From Eledone cirrhosa (Eukaryota), in NCBI GenBank assembly GCA_964016885.1, contig OZ024744.1, positions 28,272,001 to 28,336,000 on the forward strand: a stretch of 64,000 nt of DNA, read 5' to 3'. Positions 41,461-54,855 of this stretch are shown here, piece after piece; the stretch's first letter is position 1, and every line of letters starts with the position of its first letter. The translations under genes and the position numbers were made by a program. Below the pieces are notes generated by a model, which did not search any database, was not told where the DNA came from, and saw nothing but the letters and a program-made list of their open reading frames with translations.

Positions 41461-44400
41461 ACTGTTATTGTCACTGTTGTTGTTGTTGTCGCTGTTATAA
41501 CTGTTATTCTCATTGTTGTTGTTGTCGCTGTTATAACTGTTATTGTCACTGTTGTTGTCGCTGTTATTGTCACTGTTGTTGTTTTGTTGTTGTTGTTGTT
41601 GTTGTTGTCGCTGTTATCACTGTTATTGTTGTGTTGTTGTTGATGTCGCTGTTATAACTGTTGTTGTCATTGTTGTTGTTGTCGCTGTTATAACTGTTAT
41701 TGTCACTGTTGTTGTTGTCCCTGTTATAACTGTTACTGTCACTGTTGTTGTTGTCGCTGTTATCACTGTTATTGTCACTGTTGTTGTCGCCGTTATCACT
41801 GTTATTGTCATTGTTGTTGTTGTCGCTGTTATAACTGTTGTTGTCATTGTTGTTGTTGTTGTTGTCGCTGTTATCACTGTTATTGTCATTGTTGTTGTCG
41901 CTGTTATCACTGTTATTGTCACTGTTGTTGTTGTTGTCGCTGTTATCACTGTTATTGTCACTGTTGTTGTCACTGTTATAAATGTTATTGTCACTGTTGT
42001 TGTTGTCGCTGTTATAACTGTTATTGTCACTGTTGTTGTTGTTGTCGCTGTTATAACTGTTATTCTCACTGTCTTTTTTGTTCTCGCTCTTATCACTGTT
42101 ATTGTCACTGTTGTTGTTGTTGTCGCTGTTATAACTGTTATTCTCATTGTTGTTGTTGTCGCTGTTATAACTGTTATTGTCACTGTTGTTGTCGCTGTTA
42201 TTGTCACTGTTGTTGTTTTGTTGTTGTTGTTGTTGTTGTTGTCGCTGTTATCACTGTTATTGTTGTGTTGTTGTTGATGTCGCTGTTATAACTGTTATTG
42301 CCATTGTTGTTGTTGTTGTCTCTGTTATCACTGTTATTGTCAATATTGTTGTTGTCGCTGTTATAACTTTTTTGTTATTGGTGTTGTTGTCGCTGTTATG
42401 ACTGTTATTGTCATTGTTGTTGTAGTCGCTGTTATCACTGTTAATGTCATTGTAGTTGTTGTTTTTGTCGCTGTTATTACTGTTATTGTCACTGTGGTTG
42501 TTGTTGTTCTCGCTGTTATCACAGTTATTGTCACTGTTGTTGTTGTTGTTGTCGATGTTATAACTGTTATTGTCACTGTTGTTGTTGTTCTTGTCGCTGT
42601 TATATCTGTTATTGTCACTGTTGTTGTTGTAGCTTTTATCACTGTTATTGACACTGTTGTTATTGTTGTCGCTGTTATAACTGTTATTGACACTGTCGTT
42701 GTTGTTGTTCTCGCTGTTATCACTGTTATTGTCACTGTTGATGTTGTTGTCGCTGTTATAACTGTTATTGTCACTGTTGTTGTTGCTGTTGTCGCTGTCA
42801 TAACTCTTAATGTCACTGTTGTTGTTGTTGTTGTTGTTGTCGTTGTTATCACTGTTATTGTCATTATTGTTGTTCTCGCTGTTATCACTGGTATTGACAC
42901 TGTTGTTGTTGTTGTCGCTGTTATAACTGTTATTGTCTCTGTTGATGTTGTTGTTGTCGCTGTTATAACTGTTATTGTCACTGTTGTTGTTGTCGCTGTT
43001 ATAACTCTTATTGTCACTGTTGTTGTTGTTGTTGTCGTTGTTATCACTGTTATTGTCATTATTGTTGTTGGCGCTGTTATAACTGTTATTGTCACTGTTT
43101 TTGTTGTTGTCGCTGTTATAAATGTTATTGTCACTGTTGTTGTTGTGTTGTCGCTGTTATCACTGTTATTGTCACTGCTGTTGTTGTCACTGTTATAAAT
43201 GTTATTGTCACTGTTGTTGTTGTTGTCGCTGTTATAACTGTTATTGTCATTGTTGTTGTTGTCACTGTTATAACTGTTATTGTCACTGTTGTTGTTGTTG
43301 TCGCTGTTATTGTCACTGTTGTTGTTTTGTTGTTGTTGTTGTCGCTGTTATCACTGTTATTGTTCTGTTGTTGTTGTTGTTGTCGCTGTTATAACTGTTA
43401 TTGCCATTGTTGTTGTTGTTGTTGTCTCTGTTATCACTGTTATTGTCACTGTTGTTGTTGTCGCTGTTATAACTGTTATTGTCTCTGTTGATGTTGTTGT
43501 TGTCGCTGTTATAACTGTTATTGTCACTGTTCTTGTTGTCGCTGTTATAACTCTTATTGTCACTGTTGTTGTTGTTGTCGTCGTTGTTATCACTGTTATT
43601 GTCATTATTGTTGTTGGCGCTGTTATCACTGTTATTGTTGTCGCTGTTATCACTGTTATTATCCCTGTTGTTGTTGTCGCTGTTATAACTGTTATTGTCA
43701 CTATTGCTTTTGTTGTTGTCGCTCTTATCACTCTTATTGTCATTGTTGTTGTTGTTCTCGCTGCTATCCCTGTTATTGTTACTGTTGTTGTTCTCGCTGT
43801 TATCACTGTTATTGTCACTGTTGTTGTTGTCGCTGTTATATCTGTTATTGTCACTGTTGTTATTGTTGCTGTCTCTGTTATCACTGTTATTGTCATTGTT
43901 GTTGTTGTTGTTGTACTCGCTGTTATCACTGTTATTGTCACTGTTGTTGTCGATGTTATCACTGTTATTTTCATTGTTGTTTTTGTTGTCACTGTTATAA
44001 CTGTTATTGTCATTGTCGTTGTTGTTGTCGCTGTTATCACTGTTATTGTCATTGTTGTTGTTGTTGTCGCTGTTATCACTGTTATTGTCACTGTTGTTGT
44101 TGTTGTCCCTGTTATCACTTTTATTGTCACTGTTGTCGTTGTTGTCTCTGCTATCACTGTTATTGTCATTGTTGTTATTGTTGTTGTCGCTGTTATAACT
44201 GTTATTGTCATTGTCGTTGTTGTCGCTGTTATAACTGTTATTGTCACTGTTGTCGTTGTCCCTGTTATCACTGTTATTGTCACTGTTGTCGCCGTTATAA
44301 CTGTTATTGTCATTGTTGTTGTTGTCGCTGTTATAACTGTTATTGTCATTGTTGTTGTTGTTGTTGTCGTTGTTATCACTGTTATTGTCATTGTTGTTGT

Positions 44401-46870
44401 CGCTGTTATCACTCTTATTGTCACTGTTGTTGTTGTTGTCGCTGTTATCACTGTTATTGTCACTGTTGTTGTCACTGTTATAAATGATATTGTCACTGTT
44501 GTTGTTGTCGCTGTTATAACTGTTATTGTCACTGTTGTTGTTGTTGTCGCTGTTATAACTGTTATTGTCACTGTCGTTTTTGTTCTCGCTCTTATCACTG
44601 TTATTGTCACTGTTGTTGTTGTTGTCGCTGTTATAACTGTTATTCTCATTGTTGTTGTTGTCGCTGTTATAACTGTTATTGTCACAGTTGTTGTTTTGTT
44701 GTTGTTGTTGTTGTCGCTGTTATCACTGTTATTGTTCTGTTGTTGTTGATGTCGCTGTTATAACTGTTATTGCCATTGTTGTTGTTGTTGTCTCTGTTAT
44801 CTCTGTTATTGTCAATATTGTTGTTGTCGCTGTTATAACTTTTTTGTTATTGGTGTTGTTGTCGCTGTTATGACTGTTATTGTCATTGTTGTTGTAGTCG
44901 CTGTTATCACTGTTAATGTCATTGTTGTTGTTGTTTTTGTCGCTGTTATTACTGTTATTGTCACTGTGGTTATTGTTGTTCTCGCTGTTATCACAGTTAT
45001 TGTCACTGTTGTTGTTGTTGTTGTTGTCGCTGTTATAACTGTTATTGTCACTGTTGTTGTTGTTCTTGTCGCTGTTATAACTGTTATTGTCACTGTTGTT
45101 GTTGTAGCTTTTATCACTGTTATTGACACTGTTGTTATTGTTGTCGCTGTTATAACTGTTATTGTCACTGTTGTTGTTGTGGTTCTCGCTGTTATAACTG
45201 TTATTCTGACTGTTTTTGTTGTTGTCGCTGTTATAACTGTTATTGTCATTGTTGTTGTTGTTGTCGCTGTTATCACTGTTATTGACACTGTCGTTGTTGT
45301 TGTTCTCGCTGTTATCACTGTTATTGTCACTGTTGATGTTGTTGTCGCTGTTATAACTGTTATTGTCACTGTTGTTGTTGCTGTTGTCGCTGTCATAACT
45401 ATTATTGTCACTGTTGTTGTTGTTGTTGTTGTTGTCGTTGTTATCACTGTTATTGTCATTATTGTTGTTCTCGCTGTTATCACTGGTATTGACACTGTTG
45501 TTGTTGTTGTTGCTGTTATAACTGTTATTGTCTCTGTTGATGTTGTTGTTGTCGCTGTTATAACTGTTATTGTCACTGTTGTTGTTGTCGCTGTTATAAC
45601 TCTTATTGTCACTGTTGTTGTTGTTGTTGTCGTTGTTATCACTGTTATTGTCATTATTGTTGTTGGCGCTGTTATCACTGTTATTGTTGTCGCTGTTATC
45701 ACTGTTATTATCCCTGTTGTTGTTGTCGCTGTTATAACTGTTATTGTCACTATTGCTTTTGTTGTTGTCGCTCTTATCACTCTTATTGTCATTGTTGTTG
45801 TTGTTCTCGCTGCTATCCCTGTTATTTTTACTGTTGTTGTTCTCGCTGTTATCACTGTTATTGTCACTGTTGTTGTTGTCGCTGTTATATCTGTTATTGT
45901 CACTGTTGTTATTGTTGCTGTCTCTGTTATCACTGTTATTGTCATTGTTGTTGTTGTTGTTGTACTCGCTGCTATCACTGTTATTGTCACTGTTGTTGTC
46001 GATGTTATCACTGTTATTTTCATTGTTGTTTTTGTTGTCACTGTTATAACTGTTATTGTCATTGTCGTTGTTGTTGTCGCTGTTATCACTGTTATTGTCA
46101 TTGTTGTTGTTGTCGCTGTTATCACTGTTATTGTCACTGTTGTTGTTGTTGTCCCTGTTATCACTTTTATTGTCACTGTTGTCGTTGTTGTCTCTGCTAT
46201 CACTGTTATTGTCATTGTTGTTATTGTTGTTGTCGCTGTTATAACTGTTATTGTCATTGTTGTTGTTGTCGCTGTTATAACTGTTATTGTCACTGTTGTC
46301 GTTGTCCCTGTTATAACTGTTACTGTCACTGTTGTTGTTGTCGCTGTTATCACTGTTATTGTCACTGTTGTTGTCGCCGTTATCACTGTTATTGTCATTG
46401 TTGTTGTTGTCGCTGTTATAACTGTTATTGTCATTGTTGTTGTTGTTGTCGCTGTTATCACTGTTATTGTCATTGTTGTTGTCGCTGTTATCACTGTTAT
46501 TGTCACTGTTGTTGTTGTTGTCGCTGTTATCACTGTTATTGTCACTGTTGTTGTCACTGTTATAAATGTTATTGTCACTGTTGTTGTTGTCGCTGTTATA
46601 ACTGTTATTGTCACTGTTGTTGTTGTTGTCGCTGTTATAACTGTTATTGTCACTGTCGTTTTTGTTCTCGCTCTTATCACTGTTATTGTCACTGTTGTTG
46701 TTGTTGTCGCTGTTATAACTGTTATTCTCATTGTTGTTGTTGTCGCTGTTATAACTGTTATTGTCACTGTTGTTGTCGCTGTTATTGTCACTGTTGTTGT
46801 TTTGTTGTTGTTGTTGTTGTTGTTGTTGTCGCTGTTATCACTGTTATTGTTGTGTTGTTGTTGATGTCGC
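38270..46870. repeat. Higher-order duplication: ~38270-41650 recurs at ~43470-46870 (offset ~5.2 kb)
   Basis: ORF pairs 38489/43695, 39464/44679, 39618/44833, 40529/45744, 41543/46761. Shared private variants attctgact and atttttact. Confidence 0.9.
41015..42285. repeat. Tandem duplication of a ~631-634-bp unit
   Basis: attgttgtgttgttgttgatgtcgct at ~41625 and ~42259. ORFs 41543/42177 begin identically. The unit is single-copy in the paralogous block at ~46230-46870. Confidence 0.88.
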
Positions 46871-47493
46871 TGTTATAACTGTTATTGCCATTGTTGTTGT
46901 TGTTGTCTCTGTTATCACTGTTATTGTCAATATTGTTGTTGTCGCTGTTATAACTTTTTTGTTATTGGTGTTGTTGTCGCTGTTATGACTGTTATTGTCA
47001 TTGTTGTTGTAGTCGCTGTTATCACTGTTAATGTCATTGTAGTTGTTGTTTTTGTCGCTGTTATTACTGTTATTGTCACTGTGGTTGTTGTTGTTCTCGC
47101 TGTTATCACAGTTATTGTCACTGTTGTTGTTGTTGTTGTCGATGTTATAACTGTTATTGTCACTGTTGTTGTTGTTCTTGTCGCTGTTATATCTGTTATT
47201 GTCACTGTTGTTGTTGTAGCTTTTATCACTGTTATTGACACTGTTGTTATTGTTGTCGCTGTTATAACTGTTATTGACACTGTCGTTGTTGTTGTTCTCG
47301 CTGTTATCACTGTTATTGTCACTGTTGATGTTGTTGTCGCTGTTATAACTGTTATTGTCACTGTTGTTGTTGCTGTTGTCGCTGTCATAACTCTTAATGT
47401 CACTGTTGTTGTTGTTGTTGTTGTTGTCGTTGTTATCACTGTTATTGTCATTATTGTTGTTCTCGCTGTTATCACTGGTATTGACACTGTTGT

Positions 47494-50400
47494 TGTTGTT
47501 GTCACTGTTATAAATGTTATTGTCACTGTTGTTGTTGTTGTCGCTGTTATAACTGTTATTGTCATTGTTGTTGTTGTCGCTGTTATAACTGTTATTGTCA
47601 CTGTTGTTGTTGTTGTCGCTGTTATTGTCACTGTTGTTGTTTTGTTGTTGTTGTTGTCGCTGTTATCACTGTTATTGTTCTGTTGTTGTTGTTGTTGTCG
47701 CTGTTATAACTGTTATTGCCATTGTTGTTGTTGTTGTTGTCTCTGTTATCACTGTTATTGTCACTGTTGTTGTTGTCGCTGTTATAACTGTTATTGTCTC
47801 TGTTGATGTTGTTGTTGTCGCTGTTATAACTGTTATTGTCACTGTTCTTGTTGTCGCTGTTATAACTCTTATTGTCACTGTTGTTGTTGTTGTCGTTGTT
47901 ATCACTGTTATTGTCATTATTGTTGTTGGCGCTGTTATCACTGTTATTGTTGTCGCTGTTATCACTGTTATTATCCCTGTTGTTGTTGTCGCTGTTTTAA
48001 CTGTTATTGTCACTATTGCTTTTGTTGTTGTCGCTCTTATCACTCTTATTGTCATTGTTGTTGTTGTTCTCGCTGCTATCCCTGTTATTGTTACTGTTGT
48101 TGTTCTCGCTGTTATCACTGTTATTGTCACTGTTGTTGTTGTCGCTGTTATATCTGTTATTGTCACTGTTGTTATTGTTACTGTCTCTGTTATCACTGTT
48201 ATTGTCATTGTTGTTGTTGTTGTTGTACTCGCTGTTATCACTGTTATTGTCACTGTTGTTGTCGATGTTATCACTGTTATTTTCATTGTTGTTTTTGTTG
48301 TCACTGTTATAACTGTTATTGTCATTGTCGTTGTTGTTGTCGCTGTTATCACTGTTATTGTCATTGTTGTTGTTGTTGTCGCTGTTATCACTGTTATTGT
48401 CACTGTTGTTGTTGTTGTCCCTGTTATCACTTTTATTGTCACTGTTGTCGTTGTTGTCTCTGCTATCACTGTTATTGTCATTGTTGTTATTGTTGTTGTC
48501 GCTGTTATAACTGTTATTGTCATTGTCGTTGTTGTCGCTGTTATAACTGTTATTGTCACTGTTGTCGTTGTCCCTGTTATCACTGTTATTGTCACTGTTG
48601 TCGCCGTTATAACTGTTATTGTCATTGTTGTTGTTGTCGCTGTTATAACTGTTATTGTCATTGTTGTTGTTGTTGTTGTCGTTGTTATCACTGTTATTGT
48701 CATTGTTGTTGTCGCTGTTATCACTCTTATTGTCACTGTTGTTGTTGTTGTCGCTGTTATCACTGTTATTGTCACTGTTGTTGTCACTGTTATAAATGAT
48801 ATTGTCACTGTTGTTGTTGTCGCTGTTATAACTGTTATTGTCACTGTTGTTGTTGTTGTCGCTGTTATAACTGTTATTGTCACTGTCGTTTTTGTTCTCG
48901 CTCTTATCACTGTTATTGTCACTGTTGTTGTTGTTGTCGCTGTTATAACTGTTATTCTCATTGTTGTTGTTGTCGCTGTTATAACTGTTATTGTCACTGT
49001 TGTTGTTTTGTTGTTGTTGTTGTTGTCGCTGTTATCACTGTTATTGTTCTGTTGTTGTTGATGTCGCTGTTATAACTGTTATTGCCATTGTTGTTGTTGT
49101 TGTCTCTGTTATCTCTGTTATTGTCAATATTGTTGTTGTCGCTGTTATAACTTTTTTATTATTGGTGTTGTTGTCGCTGTTATGACTGTTATTGTCATTG
49201 TTGTTGTAGTCGCTGTTATCACTGTTAATGTCATTGTTGTTGTTGTTTTTGTCGCTGTTATTACTGTTATTGTCACTGTGGTTATTGTTGTTCTCGCTGT
49301 TATCACAGTTATTGTCACTGTTGTTGTTGTTGTTGTTGTCGCTGTTATAACTGTTATTGTCACTGTTGTTGTTGTTGTCGCTGTTATCACTGTTATTGAC
49401 ACTGTCGTTGTTGTTGTTCTCGCTGTTATCACTGTTATTGTCACTGTTGATGTTGTTGTCGCTGTTATAACTGTTATTGTCACTGTTGTTGTTGCTGTTG
49501 TCGCTGTCATAACTCTTAATGTCACTGTTGTTGTTGTTGTTGTTGTTGTCGTTGTTATCACTGTTATTGTCATTATTGTTGTTCTCGCTGTTATCACTGG
49601 TATTGACACTGTTGTTGTTGTTGTCGCTGTTATAACTGTTATTGTCTCTGTTGATGTTGTTGTTGTCGCTGTTATAACTGTTATTGTCACTGTTGTTGTT
49701 GTCGCTGTTATAACTCTTATTGTCACTGTTGTTGTTGTTGTTGTCGTTGTTATCACTGTTATTGTCATTATTGTTGTTGGCGCTGTTATCACTGTTATTG
49801 TCATTGTTGTTGTTGTTGTCGCTGTTATCACTGTTATTGTCCCTGTTGTTGTTGTCGCTGTTATAACTGTTATTGTCACTGTTTTTGTTGTTGTCGCTGT
49901 TATAAATGTTATTGTCACTGTTGTTGTTGTGTTGTCGCTGTTATCACTGTTATTGTCACTGCTGTTGTTGTCACTGTTATAAATGTTATTGTCACTGTTG
50001 TTGTTGTTGTCGCTGTTATAACTGTTATTGTCATTGTTGTTGTTGTCGCTGTTATAACTGTTATTGTCACTGTTGTTGTTGTTGTCGCTGTTATTGTCAC
50101 TGTTGTTGTTTTGTTGTTGTTGTTGTCGCTGTTATCACTGTTATTGTTCTGTTGTTGTTGTTGTTGTCGCTGTTATAACTGTTATTGCCATTGTTGTTGT
50201 TGTTGTTGTCTCTGTTATCACTGTTATTGTCACTGTTGTTGTTGTCGCTGTTATAACTGTTATTGTCTCTGTTGATGTTGTTGTTGTCGCTGTTATAACT
50301 GTTATTGTCACTGTTCTTGTTGTCGCTGTTATAACTCTTATTGTCACTGTTGTTGTTGTTGTCGTTGTTATCACTGTTATTGTCATTATTGTTGTTGGCG

Positions 50401-53400
50401 CTGTTATCACTGTTATTGTTGTCGCTGTTATCACTGTTATTATCCCTGTTGTTGTTGTCGCTGTTTTAACTGTTATTGTCACTATTGCTTTTGTTGTTGT
50501 CGCTCTTATCACTCTTATTGTCATTGTTGTTGTTGTTCTCGCTGCTATCCCTGTTATTGTTACTGTTGTTGTTCTCGCTGTTATCACTGTTATTGTCACT
50601 GTTGTTGTTGTCGCTGTTATATCTGTTATTGTCACTGTTGTTATTGTTACTGTCTCTGTTATCACTGTTATTGTCATTGTTGTTGTTGTTGTTGTACTCG
50701 CTGTTATCACTGTTATTGTCACTGTTGTTGTCGATGTTATCACTGTTATTTTCATTGTTGTTTTTGTTGTCACTGTTATAACTGTTATTGTCATTGTCGT
50801 TGTTGTTGTCGCTGTTATCACTGTTATTGTCATTGTTGTTGTTGTTGTCGCTGTTATCACTGTTATTGTCACTGTTGTTGTTGTTGTCCCTGTTATCACT
50901 TTTATTGTCACTGTTGTCGTTGTTGTCTCTGCTATCACTGTTATTGTCATTGTTGTTATTGTTGTTGTCGCTGTTATAACTGTTATTGTCATTGTCGTTG
51001 TTGTCGCTGTTATAACTGTTATTGTCACTGTTGTCGTTGTCCCTGTTATCACTGTTATTGTCACTGTTGTCGCCGTTATAACTGTTATTGTCATTGTTGT
51101 TGTTGTCGCTGTTATAACTGTTATTGTCATTGTTGTTGTTGTTGTTGTCGTTGTTATCACTGTTATTGTCATTGTTGTTGTCGCTGTTATCACTCTTATT
51201 GTCACTGTTGTTGTTGTTGTCGCTGTTATCACTGTTATTGTCACTGTTGTTGTCACTGTTATAAATGATATTGTCACTGTTGTTGTTGTCGCTGTTATAA
51301 CTGTTATTGTCACTGTTGTTGTTGTTGTCGCTGTTATAACTGTTATTGTCACTGTCGTTTTTGTTCTCGCTCTTATCACTGTTATTGTCACTGTTGTTGT
51401 TGTTGTCGCTGTTATAACTGTTATTCTCATTGTTGTTGTTGTCGCTGTTATAACTGTTATTGTCACTGTTGTTGTTTTGTTGTTGTTGTTGTTGTCGCTG
51501 TTATCACTGTTATTGTTCTGTTGTTGTTGATGTCGCTGTTATAACTGTTATTGCCATTGTTGTTGTTGTTGTCTCTGTTATCTCTGTTATTGTCAATATT
51601 GTTGTTGTCGCTGTTATAACTTTTTTGTTATTGGTGTTGTTGTCGCTGTTATGACTGTTATTGTCATTGTTGTTGTAGTCGCTGTTATCACTGTTAATGT
51701 CATTGTTGTTGTTGTTTTTGTCGCTGTTATTACTGTTATTGTCACTGTGGTTATTGTTGTTCTCGCTGTTATCACAGTTATTGTCACTGTTGTTGTTGTT
51801 GTTGTTGTCGCTGTTATAACTGTTATTGTCACTGTTGTTGTTGTTGTCGCTGTTATCACTGTTATTGACACTGTCGTTGTTGTTGTTCTCGCTGTTATCA
51901 CTGTTATTGTCACTGTTGATGTTGTTGTCGCTGTTATAACTGTTATTGTCACTGTTGTTGTTGCTGTTGTCGCTGTCATAACTCTTAATGTCACTGTTGT
52001 TGTTGTTGTTGTTGTTGTCGTTGTTATCACTGTTATTGTCATTATTGTTGTTCTCGCTGTTATCACTGGTATTGACACTGTTGTTGTTGTTGTCGCTGTT
52101 ATAACTGTTATTGTCTCTGTTGATGTTGTTGTTGTCGCTGTTATAACTGTTATTGTCACTGTTGTTGTTGTCGCTGTTATAACTCTTATTGTCACTGTTG
52201 TTGTTGTTGTTGTCGTTGTTATCACTGTTATTGTCATTATTGTTGTTGGCGCTGTTATCACTGTTATTGTCATTGTTGTTGTTGTTGTCGCTGTTATCAC
52301 TGTTATTGTCCCTGTTGTTGTTGTCGCTGTTATAACTGTTATTGTCACTGTTTTTGTTGTTGTCGCTGTTATAAATGTTATTGTCACTGTTGTTGTTGTG
52401 TTGTCGCTGTTATCACTGTTATTGTCACTGCTGTTGTTGTCACTGTTATAAATGTTATTGTCACTGTTGTTGTTGTTGTCGCTGTTATAACTGTTATTGT
52501 CATTGTTGTTGTTGTCGCTGTTATAACTGTTATTGTCACTGTTGTTGTTGTTGTCGCTGTTATTGTCACTGTTGTTGTTTTGTTGTTGTTGTTGTCGCTG
52601 TTATCACTGTTATTGTTCTGTTGTTGTTGTTGTTGTCGCTGTTATAACTGTTATTGCCATTGTTGTTGTTGTTGTTGTCTCTGTTATCACTGTTATTGTC
52701 ACTGTTGTTGTTGTCGCTGTTATAACTGTTATTGTCTCTGTTGATGTTGTTGTTGTCGCTGTTATAACTGTTATTGTCACTGTTCTTGTTGTCGCTGTTA
52801 TAACTCTTATTGTCACTGTTGTTGTTGTTGTCGTTGTTATCACTGTTATTGTCATTATTGTTGTTGGCGCTGTTATCACTGTTATTGTTGTCGCTGTTAT
52901 CACTGTTATTATCCCTGTTGTTGTTGTCGCTGTTATAACTGTTATTGTCACTATTGCTTTTGTTGTTGTCGCTCTTATCACTCTTATTGTCATTGTTGTT
53001 GTTGTTCTCGCTGCTATCCCTGTTATTGTTACTGTTGTTGTTCTCGCTGTTATCACTGTTATTGTCACTGTTGTTGTTGTCGCTGTTATATCTGTTATTG
53101 TCACTGTTGTTATTGTTGCTGTCTCTGTTATCACTGTTATTGTCATTGTTGTTGTTGTTGTTGTACTCGCTGTTATCACTGTTATTGTCACTGTTGTTGT
53201 CGATGTTATCACTGTTATTTTCATTGTTGTTTTTGTTGTCACTGTTATAACTGTTATTGTCATTGTCGTTGTTGTTGTCGCTGTTATCACTGTTATTGTC
53301 ATTGTTGTTGTTGTTGTCGCTGTTATCACTGTTATTGTCACTGTTGTTGTTGTTGTCCCTGTTATCACTTTTATTGTCACTGTTGTCGTTGTTGTCTCTG

Positions 53401-54855
53401 CTATCACTGTTATTGTCATTGTTGTTATTGTTGTTGTCGCTGTTATAACTGTTATTGTCATTGTCGTTGTTGTCGCTGTTATAACTGTTATTGTCACTGT
53501 TGTCGTTGTCCCTGTTATCACTGTTATTGTCACTGTTGTCGCCGTTATAACTGTTATTGTCATTGTTGTTGTTGTCGCTGTTATAACTGTTATTGTCATT
53601 GTTGTTGTTGTTGTTGTCGTTGTTATCACTGTTATTGTCATTGTTGTTGTCGCTGTTATCACTCTTATTGTCACTGTTGTTGTTGTTGTCGCTGTTATCA
53701 CTGTTATTGTCACTGTTGTTGTCACTGTTATAAATGATATTGTCACTGTTGTTGTTGTCGCTGTTATAACTGTTATTGTCACTGTTGTTGTTGTTGTCGC
53801 TGTTATAACTGTTATTGTCACTGTCGTTTTTGTTCTCGCTCTTATCACTGTTATTGTCACTGTTGTTGTTGTTGTCGCTGTTATAACTGTTATTCTCATT
53901 GTTGTTGTTGTCGCTGTTATAACTGTTATTGTCACTGTTGTTGTTTTGTTGTTGTTGTTGTTGTCGCTGTTATCACTGTTATTGTTCTGTTGTTGTTGAT
54001 GTCGCTGTTATAACTGTTATTGCCATTGTTGTTGTTGTTGTCTCTGTTATCTCTGTTATTGTCAATATTGTTGTTGTCGCTGTTATAACTTTTTTGTTAT
54101 TGGTGTTGTTGTCGCTGTTATGACTGTTATTGTCATTGTTGTTGTAGTCGCTGTTATCACTGTTAATGTCATTGTTGTTGTTGTTTTTGTCGCTGTTATT
54201 ACTGTTATTGTCACTGTGGTTATTGTTGTTCTCGCTGTTATCACAGTTATTGTCACTGTTGTTGTTGTTGTTGTTGTCGCTGTTATAACTGTTATTGTCA
54301 CTGTTGTTGTTGTTGTCGCTGTTATCACTGTTATTGACACTGTCGTTGTTGTTGTTCTCGCTGTTATCACTGTTATTGTCACTGTTGATGTTGTTGTCGC
54401 TGTTATAACTGTTATTGTCACTGTTGTTGTTGCTGTTGTCGCTGTCATAACTCTTATTGTCACTGTTGTTGTTGTTTTTGTTGTTGTCGTTGTTATCACT
54501 GTTATTGTCACTGTTGTTGTTGTGTTGTCGCTGTTATCACTGTTATTGTCACTGCTGTTGTTGTCACTGTTATAAATGTTATTGTCACTGTTGTTGTTGT
54601 TGTCGCTGTTATAACTGTTATTGTCATTGTTGTTGTTGTCGCTGTTATAACTGTTATTGTCACTGTTGTTGTTGTTGTCGCTGTTATTGTCACTGTTGTT
54701 GTTTTGTTGTTGTTGTTGTCGCTGTTATCACTGTTATTGTTCTGTTGTTGTTGTTGTTGTCGCTGTTATAACTGTTATTGCCATTGTTGTTGTTGTTGTT
54801 GTCTCTGTTATCACTGTTATTGTCACTGTTGTTGTTGTCGCTGTTATAACTGTTA
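47494..54855. repeat. Near-perfect higher-order tandem repeat with a 2469-bp period: two full copies, a third copy 345 bp shorter (2124 bp), and a partial fourth
   Basis: ORF sets 47595/50064/52533, 47672/50141/52610, 48991/51460/53929 and 49145/51614/54083 are all exactly 2469 apart. ORFs 52384/54508 are 2124 apart (257-aa vs 142-aa ORF). Confidence 0.95.
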
